From Aeromicrobium sp. (GTDB taxonomy: Bacteria > Actinomycetota > Actinomycetes > Propionibacteriales > Nocardioidaceae), in contig SSHC01000022.1 of NCBI GenBank assembly GCA_008017265.1, positions 3,194-67,193 on the forward strand: a stretch of 64,000 bases of DNA. The letters are read 5' to 3'. Each line of letters starts with the position of its first letter. Within the stretch, counting starts at the first letter, position 1. Position numbers and translations under genes: made by a program. Below the pieces are notes generated by a model. The model saw nothing but the letters and a program-made list of their open reading frames with translations. It did no database searches and was not told the origin of the DNA. Shown here piece by piece: positions 49,184 through 57,531 of the stretch.

Positions 49184-51487
49184 ATGTGGAAACGTATGTT
49201 GACGTCAATCGCGGGGCTTCTAGGGATTCAGTCTGCGGAGGGGCACGCGGTGCTCATCCGCGGCTGGTCGTCCCGATCGCTTGTCAGATCCCTCCAGATC
49301 GTCATGCTCTTGGGTGCTGTGGGGTGGCAGTTCTTCATGGCGATAGTCATTTATATGGATCTTGGCCGAACTGAGTGGGACCTCATTCTGGGCCAAGTTG
49401 CGGTTGGAATCGGTGCGATACTGGCAATCCGATCAAGAGCATTCGCGTGGACTGTTCCGGTTGGAATGATGAGCCTGGGGTCGGCCAGCTTTGTTGTCTC
49501 AGGCGATTTTGTTTCAGCAACGGTATTTGCAGCATGTTGGCAAGTGAACTTAGTTCCTGCACTTCTGGTAGCGCTCGTTTTGCGACGACGTGTCTTTGCG
49601 TGGGGGGCACTGCTTACGGCGTTTGGTGCGGTCGTGTTGTTGACCGCATTGCCACAATGGGGGCTTCAGTTTGTTGTCGGATACACAATCACGCAGGTGA
49701 GCATACTGCTCGCCGTTCGTCTAGGAATCGGCATCCTGCTTACTTTGGCGGCAAACGTCGATCGTGAATCTGCAGTCCTTGAGCTGACCCACGTGAAGGA
49801 TGCGCTCGCGGGTGAATCGCGATCGCGGGTAGCCGAAGAAGCGCGTCTCTTGCACGACACCGCGATCAACACACTTGGCGCGATCGCTACCACTGCCATC
49901 TGGGTGAACGATTCGGCTGTTGTTCGAGTTCAATGCCGACGCGACATTGAACTGCTTGCCGACCTCACCGCGGCCAACCCGGTTTCAACCACCGATTCTC
50001 TCGTCGGGATTTACGACTTTTCTGGCTCGAACATTGCTTGGCTGGGAGTAGACCGTGCCGAACTTGCCGCGATAGACCGTGAACTCGACGATCCTCGAGG
50101 TGCGGCCGCGATAAATAGTGTGCGCGAAGCGTTGGTGAACGCGTTCAAACACGCCGAGTCGTCGAACATACAAGTTAAGGTCACGCGCGATAGTCAGACG
50201 GTGAGGTTCGAAGTCCATGACGACGGGATCGGGTTGGACTCACTGGCGGCGATTGGTCGAGGAATCCAGCATTCGATTCTCGATCGCGCGAGAGATTATG
50301 GCTTTAGGGCTGAAATCACGAGTGAGTTAGGTGCCGGTACCACTGTCACAATTGAAATACCCAAATCGCGCCCCGAACCCAAGTCGAACATTCTGGAGTT
50401 CATTGCGCCGACCATGTCGGCATTTCGAACCAGCGCAGGCATCACATGGGGCGCAGGTGTCACGGTCGTGGGCCTGTTGCTCATGATTGCTGGCGCAACC
50501 AACGCAGGAAACGCATTGGTGCCGATGCTCAGTGTCATGTCGGTTGCTGTGGCCGTATCGATCTTCGCGTTTTTTGCAAACTCACGCCATTTCGCTGCCG
50601 TTTTCTTGATCGTTTGCGTTCTTGTGGTCTTCTATTTGTCGGCCGCGGCCAATGGCTTTGGTGTGTTGGGCGGTGCTCATTGGCAAGCGCTCGCACCCAC
50701 AGGCCCCTTCGTGTTGCTCGTCGCGAGTCAAGTGCATCGGGCATACGTTTGGACGGCGGCTGGTGCTTGGCTTGCTGTCGTTGCGACGATGATGTCGGGT
50801 GTTTACGTGCCAAACGAATACTCGCCAACCATGATCTTTATTGCGGGTTTCACTGGCGGAATGTTCTCACTCGGCTGGGTCCTGTTTCAAAGCCTTGCGG
50901 CGCGCGTCAGTGCACAAGAAGCCGTAAATGATCAGGTCAGAATTCGTGATCAAGCTCGCGAGGATTTCGCGAAGAATGTTCAAGAGAGTTTCCGGAGGTG
51001 GGTGGACGCCGGGCTCGAATCGGCAATCGAACTCATGAGACGCATCGAAGCCGGAGAGCTCCCAATTGATGCGCCTGAAACTCGAGCAGCTTGCGCGCGA
51101 GAAGAAAAGTATTTGAGACAGTTGGTCTCCATCAGTCCGAGACTGACCTTTCTCGGCAGTGAAATGATGCCCGTTCTGCGCACCGCACGTGCTCAAGGTG
51201 TTGACCTAGATCTTCGGCTCGGCGCAGTCGATGCTCCCGATAGAGCGACGGCAGAGGCCATCGGCTCGGTAGTGAAAGTGAATGTGGAAACAGCGCAGGC
51301 TGGAGAGAAATTGACGGTCTCAGTATTCGACGTCGCTGATGGCGTGCACCTCACGATGACGGGTGCCTCGTTACAGGATCACGGGGCTTTGGGGCCGACC
51401 GCGAATCATTTTCGGCTTGGTGACCTTGACGTGTTAGAACTGACATACACTCGGAATGACGAGGTTGCTGCGCACGCGAACGCATGA
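49184..51487 (+). CDS. Atypical membrane histidine kinase with internal duplication
   Basis: TM bundle, H-box ARLLHDT, HATPase EALVNAFKHA/DDGIG/GAGTTV, then a second TM bundle and a His-less DHp-like region. Confidence 0.8.
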   Translation: MWKRMLTSIAGLLGIQSAEGHAVLIRGWSSRSLVRSLQIVMLLGAVGWQFFMAIVIYMDLGRTEWDLILGQVAVGIGAILAIRSRAFAWTVPVGMMSLGSASFVVSGDFVSATVFAACWQVNLVPALLVALVLRRRVFAWGALLTAFGAVVLLTALPQWGLQFVVGYTITQVSILLAVRLGIGILLTLAANVDRESAVLELTHVKDALAGESRSRVAEEARLLHDTAINTLGAIATTAIWVNDSAVVRVQCRRDIELLADLTAANPVSTTDSLVGIYDFSGSNIAWLGVDRAELAAIDRELDDPRGAAAINSVREALVNAFKHAESSNIQVKVTRDSQTVRFEVHDDGIGLDSLAAIGRGIQHSILDRARDYGFRAEITSELGAGTTVTIEIPKSRPEPKSNILEFIAPTMSAFRTSAGITWGAGVTVVGLLLMIAGATNAGNALVPMLSVMSVAVAVSIFAFFANSRHFAAVFLIVCVLVVFYLSAAANGFGVLGGAHWQALAPTGPFVLLVASQVHRAYVWTAAGAWLAVVATMMSGVYVPNEYSPTMIFIAGFTGGMFSLGWVLFQSLAARVSAQEAVNDQVRIRDQAREDFAKNVQESFRRWVDAGLESAIELMRRIEAGELPIDAPETRAACAREEKYLRQLVSISPRLTFLGSEMMPVLRTARAQGVDLDLRLGAVDAPDRATAEAIGSVVKVNVETAQAGEKLTVSVFDVADGVHLTMTGASLQDHGALGPTANHFRLGDLDVLELTYTRNDEVAAHANA

Positions 51488-51522
51488 TCTCGCGGAGTGC
51501 ACATTCGAAAGGGGGTTCACGC

Positions 51523-52212
51523 GTGGCCGATCGCACGCCGTTCGTGAACCAGATTGCCATTGTTGAGGACCACGTTCTCCAACGTGCGCGCGTTGAAGAA
51601 CTCGTGACCCGTGATGGTAAATACCGCGTGGTTTTCAGCGGAGCTTCAACTCCCGAATTCCTTGAGTGGACGCGACGCGTTCCCCAAAATGAGCGCCCCC
51701 AGCTACTTCTGTTGGATCTTATGGTTGATCGCCAGCCAAGTGTGAGCCCGGCAATTGTTGAGGGATTCGTTAAGGCCGGACTCAAAATTCTGGTGCTGTC
51801 CGCGCTCGCCTCGCCAGCGCTCGTTCGTGACGTTATTCAAGCGGGGGTTTCTGGGATCGTCGGCAAACACGACGGAGAAGGCGACATCCTCGCCGCGATC
51901 GAGGCTGTGTTGGCGGGCGAAACCTGGATGACGCCAGATCTCGCGGCGGTCATCGCAGGCGATCCGGAGCGTCCGCGACTGAGTGTGCAAGAAGAGCGTG
52001 CCTTAGTGATGTATGCATCGGGCCTGTCGATAGAGCAGGTTGGTGAAGCGATGAACGTAAGCCGCGAAACGGCCAAACAGTATCTCGACCGAGTAAAGAA
52101 AAAGTACGCAACGATCGGCGTTCAAGTTAAGTCAAAGCTTGACTACGGCCGGGTGGCTTGGGCCGATGGATATCTCGACCCCTCACTCCCGAGTTTTTCA
52201 GCCGAAGAATAG
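51523..52212 (+). CDS. NarL/LuxR-family response regulator
   Basis: IVEDH, LLLDL phosphoacceptor, VLSA, GIVGK, C-terminal HTH LSVQE..YASG..VSRETAKQYLDRVKKKY. Alternative start at 51484. Confidence 0.88.
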   Translation: MADRTPFVNQIAIVEDHVLQRARVEELVTRDGKYRVVFSGASTPEFLEWTRRVPQNERPQLLLLDLMVDRQPSVSPAIVEGFVKAGLKILVLSALASPALVRDVIQAGVSGIVGKHDGEGDILAAIEAVLAGETWMTPDLAAVIAGDPERPRLSVQEERALVMYASGLSIEQVGEAMNVSRETAKQYLDRVKKKYATIGVQVKSKLDYGRVAWADGYLDPSLPSFSAEE

Positions 52213-52289
52213 GCCGTTGTCGCGCGCTCTTCTCGCCAAAACGGGATACGCTGCCGAAGGTAGTGAATTGCCCCGCTAAAGGAGTGCCT

Positions 52290-54140
52290 ATGACACGCAG
52301 GATCGTTCTTGTTGCGGGTGTTTTGTGGGTTTTTCTCGACATTGTGCGGATGTGGACTCCGTCGCTCATCACGATTTTTGGTCGTGCAGCCGAAACGCCG
52401 GCCGAACTCATTGGGGCATTCGCGCTGGCCTGTGGCGGTGTTCCGCTCCTGCTGCTCTGGCTGACCCGTTCGGCAGCATCGATTGAGTTCGGTGCGCTTC
52501 TCGTCGTGTTGTCCGTGCGCGTCGCGCTAGCGATGACTGACGGCGGTCCGGCGCAGTTGTGGCTCGCTTCGATCGGCGTGGTTGCCGGTATCGCGTGGTT
52601 GAGCCTTGTCTTAGGACGTGAGTCGCGGATTGTTGCGCCGAGTTTCGCCATCGGGCTCGCGTTAGCGGTCGGAACACACGCTGCGCTCGGTACGTTTGGG
52701 GCAGTCTGGCGACGCGACGCGTGGGGGACCATCGAATTGGTTGCCTCGGTCGGGCTTGTTACTTTCGCCTGGTTCTGGATGCGGCGCGGCACCGAACCGG
52801 CCTCAATCGCGCCCACCAAACAACAAGCGTTTTTCGTTTTCCCAGCGCTGCTTTTCGCAGGCGTTTACGTCGCAAACGCTGGCCGTGCATCCACTGCATC
52901 AGAATCGTGGGGACTGCTCGCGCTCGCACTCGGACTCGCGATCGGCGTTGGCGTGTTGGCAGTGCCGGCCTCGTACGGGAGCATCTGGCTGGCTCGGCTC
53001 GGCTTGTTGGGCGCACTCATCGTCTTGGCTCTCATTGAGGTGGAACGTGGCGGAATCTCAGGCCAGTTGCCTGCCGTCGCGGTAGTTGCGTATGTGGTGG
53101 GGGTTTCCTCACTCATTTATCTGCTGGCCGTCGGCGCAGCGCGTACCGATAGGACCGAGGCGCGCGAGACGAGCCGCTCACTACTCGTCGCCACGGGCGC
53201 GATCGTCTGGGTTGTGTTGCTTTTCGTGTACTACGCGGGCTACGACCTGGGGTATCGAGCCGACATTGTGTTGGTTGCGGCTTCGATTGCGTTCTGGCAA
53301 TGGCGAGCGGCCCGGCCCGTCAGTCACTACAAGTTTTCCCGGCGCAGCGCGATTGCTTTTGGGTCGGCAGCGATCGCGATGTTGCTCGCGGCTGCATTCG
53401 GACCCGCACTCACCCTGCGTCCAGTGGCGGCCACCGAACCAGACGACACTGCTCGAATCGTGGCGTACAACGTGCGGATGGGTTACGGAATGAGCGGTCG
53501 GTTTGAGGCCACAGCAGTGGCGGAATTGTTGGCCCGTGAAAACGCTGACGTCATTTTGTTGAGCGAAGTCGATCGCGGGTGGTTGCTCAACGGTGGTCAA
53601 GACCAACTGCGGATCCTGGCGAGCATGCTGGGGATGCATTCCGCGTTTGCGCCGGCCGCAGACCCCGTCTGGGGCGACGCGATTTTGAGTCGGGCGCCGA
53701 TCACGAACGCATCCAATTACCCATTCGAGTCGTTCGGTGCTGTGACGGGTGCGCAGGCACTCGTGGGTTCAACTCAGATCAACGGGAAGCCAATCACCGT
53801 GATTTCAACGCACCTGCAAAACGGACCCAAAGGGACGAACGACACCTACGGTCAAGCCCAAGCGTTGGCCTCCATCATGCGTCAACAGGCTGGGCTTGTT
53901 GTGATGGGCGGAGACCTCAACACGCTGCCTACGGGTAAGGCCTGGAACGCGTTGATTGGGGCTGGTTTCACCGACGCGTTCGCCTCGAACCGCCCTGCCT
54001 ACACCTGGTCTGCCGATGACCCCACAGAAGAAATCGATCACCTTTTTGTGTCACCAACCGCAACCAGTGCGAACCCGCGAGTCGTTGAATCGCTGGCTTC
54101 TGACCACTTGCCAGTATTCGTGGATATCGAGTTGAAGTGA
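52290..54140 (+). CDS. Multi-TM protein with C-terminal endonuclease/exonuclease/phosphatase domain (Cwh43/PGAP2IP-like architecture)
   Basis: About 13 hydrophobic segments, then YNVRMG, LSEVDRG, THL, GGDLN, IDHLF, SDHLPV. Start at MTRRIV. Confidence 0.8.
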   Translation: MTRRIVLVAGVLWVFLDIVRMWTPSLITIFGRAAETPAELIGAFALACGGVPLLLLWLTRSAASIEFGALLVVLSVRVALAMTDGGPAQLWLASIGVVAGIAWLSLVLGRESRIVAPSFAIGLALAVGTHAALGTFGAVWRRDAWGTIELVASVGLVTFAWFWMRRGTEPASIAPTKQQAFFVFPALLFAGVYVANAGRASTASESWGLLALALGLAIGVGVLAVPASYGSIWLARLGLLGALIVLALIEVERGGISGQLPAVAVVAYVVGVSSLIYLLAVGAARTDRTEARETSRSLLVATGAIVWVVLLFVYYAGYDLGYRADIVLVAASIAFWQWRAARPVSHYKFSRRSAIAFGSAAIAMLLAAAFGPALTLRPVAATEPDDTARIVAYNVRMGYGMSGRFEATAVAELLARENADVILLSEVDRGWLLNGGQDQLRILASMLGMHSAFAPAADPVWGDAILSRAPITNASNYPFESFGAVTGAQALVGSTQINGKPITVISTHLQNGPKGTNDTYGQAQALASIMRQQAGLVVMGGDLNTLPTGKAWNALIGAGFTDAFASNRPAYTWSADDPTEEIDHLFVSPTATSANPRVVESLASDHLPVFVDIELK

Positions 54141-54221
54141 GCCCTCCACCTCGGTCGACGGTGTCTTGCGCGTGTGGCACGCCGCAGCGATTTTGCCTGC
54201 CTGACGTGATGGAATGAACCC

Positions 54222-54644
54222 ATGAAACGAACCCTCGCCACACTGCTCGTCGCTGCAAGTTTGCTCGCCGGGTGTTCGGGTGATGGAGACAAGTCGGCAA
54301 ACGATGACTCCCCGACACCGAAGGCGAGTCAAAAAACCGCCGACGTGAGTGAGAACATCGCGACCGACGTGCTCACCTCGTTCACGTGTCGCGCAGCCAG
54401 CGGAGGCCAGTGGATCGCCGGGGGCGAAATCACCAACAAGGAAACTCAAGCCCACACCTATCGAGTTACGGTGTTCCTCGGTTCAGGCGAAGGTACTGGG
54501 CACTCCGTCACTGTGGGGCCCGTTGAGCCAGAGAAGTCGACAGACTTTCGTTTCGGTTTGATCACTCCGGCTGATCCGCAGGCCACGTGTCGTGTGCAAG
54601 TGGAGATCCTCGATCCGAAGAAAGCCAAGTCGAACAAAAAGTAG
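54222..54644 (+). CDS. Hypothetical lipoprotein
   Basis: MKR + hydrophobic stretch + LAGC lipobox, small beta-sandwich with two Cys. Confidence 0.75.
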   Translation: MKRTLATLLVAASLLAGCSGDGDKSANDDSPTPKASQKTADVSENIATDVLTSFTCRAASGGQWIAGGEITNKETQAHTYRVTVFLGSGEGTGHSVTVGPVEPEKSTDFRFGLITPADPQATCRVQVEILDPKKAKSNKK

Positions 54645-54669
54645 GGGCCCGGCCACGTGGCCGAGCCCT
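54644..54669. terminator. Hairpin between convergent genes
   Basis: GGGCCCGGCCA-CG-TGGCCGAGCCC. Confidence 0.55.
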
Positions 54670-54684
54670 CAACTTTGTGTGAAC

Positions 54685-56052
54685 TTAAGCGTTTCCGCGA
54701 CTGATGTCGACCATTTCTTGACGGTCAACAACCTTGACGCGTTCGCGTTCGTGCGGATGCGCTTCGCCCAAGGCGATTTCGTGGGCGTCGAGCGTTTCCC
54801 AGCCTGCCCACGTCGTGAACTCGATTCCGCGATCTTCCAAGTGCTTCTCGAAAGCTGAATCTTCAGAATGGGTGGGAGGGGTAAGCGAGTCGATGTCCTC
54901 AACGAGCATGGCGATGGTCTGCGCAGCATCGGACTTGGTGTGGCCGATCAGGCCTACAGGTCCGCGCTTGATCCAGCCGGTGACATACACGCCCGGGATC
55001 GGTGAACCGTCGAGATCGATCGCGTGGCCACCGTCGTTGGGAACAACACCAGCGGCAGCGTCAAACGGAAGGCCGGCTAGCGGGTCAGAGTAGTAGCCGA
55101 TCGCGCGGTATACGGCCTGCAGTGGCCAGTCTTTGAACTCGCCTGTTCCGCGCACGTTGCCGGTGCCGTCGAGTTCAGTGATTTCGGTGCGCAGCCCGAC
55201 CACTTTGCCGTCCTCGCCCAAAATCTCGACCGGGTTCTGGCAGAAGTGAATGTGGATTCGATGTGCTGCGCCGCTGGGCTCTTTGGCCAAGTAGTTCTGC
55301 AGCACGTCAACAACAAGCTTCTGGCTCTTCGCCTTCTGGATCGCTTCCATCGAGCCGTGGTCAAACTCAAAACCCTCGGGATGAATGATGACGTCGATGT
55401 TGGGCGAATGACTCAGTTCGCGGAGTTCCATGGGTGTGAACTTCACTTGGGCTGGTCCGCGGCGCGCGAAAACGTGTACGTCTTTGGTGGCGTTCTTCTT
55501 CAAGCCTTCGTAGACGTTCTCGGGAATCTCGGTGACAAGAAGCTCATCGGCCGTCTTGGCCAAAATGCGAGCCACATCGAGGCCCACGTTTCCGAAGCCG
55601 AGCACGGCGACGGACTCAGCATGTGGCTGGAAGTCCCATTCACGGCTCACATCGGGGTGGCCGTCGTACCAGTAGACGAAGTCGGCAGCCCCGTAGGAAC
55701 CGTCGAGGTCGATGCCGGGGATGTTCAGTTCGCGGTCGCGGCGTGCGCCGGTTGCGAAAATGATGGCGTCGTAGAAGTCGCGGAGTTCTTCGAGTTTGAG
55801 GTCGGCACCGAAGTTCACGTTGCCGAAGAACCGAATGCGTTCATTCGACATGACGCGCTTGAGCGCCTTGATGATTTCTTTGATCCGTGGGTGATCTGGG
55901 GCGACGCCATAACGGATGAGACCGAAGGGCGTGGGATCGCGATCGATCACGTCGACGGAAACGTCGAGATCCTCATTCTTCGTGAGAATATCTGCGGCGT
56001 AAACGCCAGCGGGTCCAGCGCCAATGACGGCGATCCGCAAGTGCCTGCTCAT
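54685..56052 (-). CDS. fprA: NADPH-ferredoxin reductase, FprA/adrenodoxin reductase family
   Basis: IGAGPAG, FGLIRYGVAPDH, G.GNVGLDVAR, GWIKRGPVGLIG. Confidence 0.9.
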   Translation of the reverse strand: MSRHLRIAVIGAGPAGVYAADILTKNEDLDVSVDVIDRDPTPFGLIRYGVAPDHPRIKEIIKALKRVMSNERIRFFGNVNFGADLKLEELRDFYDAIIFATGARRDRELNIPGIDLDGSYGAADFVYWYDGHPDVSREWDFQPHAESVAVLGFGNVGLDVARILAKTADELLVTEIPENVYEGLKKNATKDVHVFARRGPAQVKFTPMELRELSHSPNIDVIIHPEGFEFDHGSMEAIQKAKSQKLVVDVLQNYLAKEPSGAAHRIHIHFCQNPVEILGEDGKVVGLRTEITELDGTGNVRGTGEFKDWPLQAVYRAIGYYSDPLAGLPFDAAAGVVPNDGGHAIDLDGSPIPGVYVTGWIKRGPVGLIGHTKSDAAQTIAMLVEDIDSLTPPTHSEDSAFEKHLEDRGIEFTTWAGWETLDAHEIALGEAHPHERERVKVVDRQEMVDISRGNA

Positions 56053-56273
56053 GTGATGACTCCTGTTAGTCACGCTTTCGTGTCCGCCTCAGCGCGATGA
56101 ATCGCCTAAGGCACAACCTCCAGATTACTGGAATTACACAAGAAACGAATAGTCGTCCACGTTGTGAAATTGACCTCCTCAAGCACCTGCGACGTGGATA
56201 CTGGGCCGTTGCCGACTAGGTTGGTGGAGGAAAGAAGTCTTTATGAAACATTCCCGCTGCTAGGAACCACTTG

Positions 56274-56693
56274 ATGCACACTTCTCGCGCGCTCGCGCAC
56301 TCTGCTCTGCTCACACTCCTCGCTACCGGTGCGCTGTCGGCATGCAGTACTGCCGACAACGCCAAGCCGTCTGAGGAAGCGGGGGCGAAGACAGCGTTTG
56401 TCGCCGGAGAGTACCGGGCGACAGGCCAGTACCCAACGCCAGGCGGGTTGCAGGGGATCGGTGTGACTCTGACACTCGATGAGAAGGGCATCATCACGAA
56501 GCTCGAGGTGGACCCGAAGGCTGAGACTGGCAATTCGGTTCAGTTCCAGGGCAAGTTCGCGAGCGGCATCAGGGCCGAAGTCGTCGGCAAGCCGATTACC
56601 GAACTGGACGTCGACAAAGTTTCCGGTTCATCACTCACTAGTAAAGGCTTCAATCAAGCCGTCGCAAAAATTATTGAAAAGGCACAAGCATGA
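56274..56693 (+). CDS. FMN-binding lipoprotein (flavinylation substrate)
   Basis: Lipobox LSAC and DKVSGSSLTSKGF, a variant of the DxxSGAT/S flavinylation motif. Upstream of apbE. Confidence 0.85.
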   Translation: MHTSRALAHSALLTLLATGALSACSTADNAKPSEEAGAKTAFVAGEYRATGQYPTPGGLQGIGVTLTLDEKGIITKLEVDPKAETGNSVQFQGKFASGIRAEVVGKPITELDVDKVSGSSLTSKGFNQAVAKIIEKAQA

Positions 56694-57529
56694 CGACACG
56701 TTGGCAGTTTGACGCAATCGGCACTCAATGGGTGATCGAGTCGGCTGAGTCGATCAGCAAAGAAACCAAACTCGCCGTGTGGCAACGCATTGAAGAGTTC
56801 GACAAGACCTGGTCACGTTTCCGCGCTGACTCGGCGGTGTCGCAATTGCGTTCGGAAGGTTCAGCAGACTTGGGTGCGGATGCTGCCGAGCTTCTTGGCA
56901 TTTACGACGAACTGTATGGGGCAACCGTCGGCGCCGTGAGTCCACTTGTTGGCGGGTCGATGGAACAACTCGGATACGACGCTGAACTGAGTTTTGAATC
57001 CAAAGGCGACGCGGTGGCCGCGCCGAACTGGACCGATTGCGCGCTCGAAGGTTCGATCTTGCATTCGCCAGCACCCGCCGTACTAGACGTGGGGGCCGTG
57101 GGTAAAGGATTCTTGGCCGGCAAGGTTGCCGACCTGATCGACGTGCCGTGTGTGGTTGACGCGGGTGGAGACATCGTGAACCGTTCAGGCGGGTTGCTCA
57201 AAATCGCCATGGAAGACCCGCGGGACGCGAACTCAGCGATTGGTGTTGTCGAAATTCCAAGCGGTTGGGCGATGGCGGGCTCGGCCGTGAACCGCCGCAC
57301 GTGGGGTGCCGGCTTGCATCACATCGTCGACGCGCGCACGGGCGCGCCTGCAACGTCTGTTGTTGCCTCGTGGGCGGCGGCTCCCGACGCGGGCATGGCC
57401 GACGGCCTTGCTACCGCTGCTTTCTTCGTTGACGTGGAAACGCTCGGCCGTTTCGAAGGCTGGACTCTCGCGCTCGATCAGAAGTTCTGGGCCGACGCCT
57501 ACAACTTCCCAGGCGAACTCTTCAGCTAG
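56690..57529 (+). CDS. apbE: FAD:protein FMN transferase ApbE
   Basis: AIGT, WSRFRADS, LDVGAVGKG, DAGGDI, HHIVDARTG, ADGLATA. Confidence 0.88.
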   Translation: MTTRWQFDAIGTQWVIESAESISKETKLAVWQRIEEFDKTWSRFRADSAVSQLRSEGSADLGADAAELLGIYDELYGATVGAVSPLVGGSMEQLGYDAELSFESKGDAVAAPNWTDCALEGSILHSPAPAVLDVGAVGKGFLAGKVADLIDVPCVVDAGGDIVNRSGGLLKIAMEDPRDANSAIGVVEIPSGWAMAGSAVNRRTWGAGLHHIVDARTGAPATSVVASWAAAPDAGMADGLATAAFFVDVETLGRFEGWTLALDQKFWADAYNFPGELFS

Positions 57530-57531
57530 TC

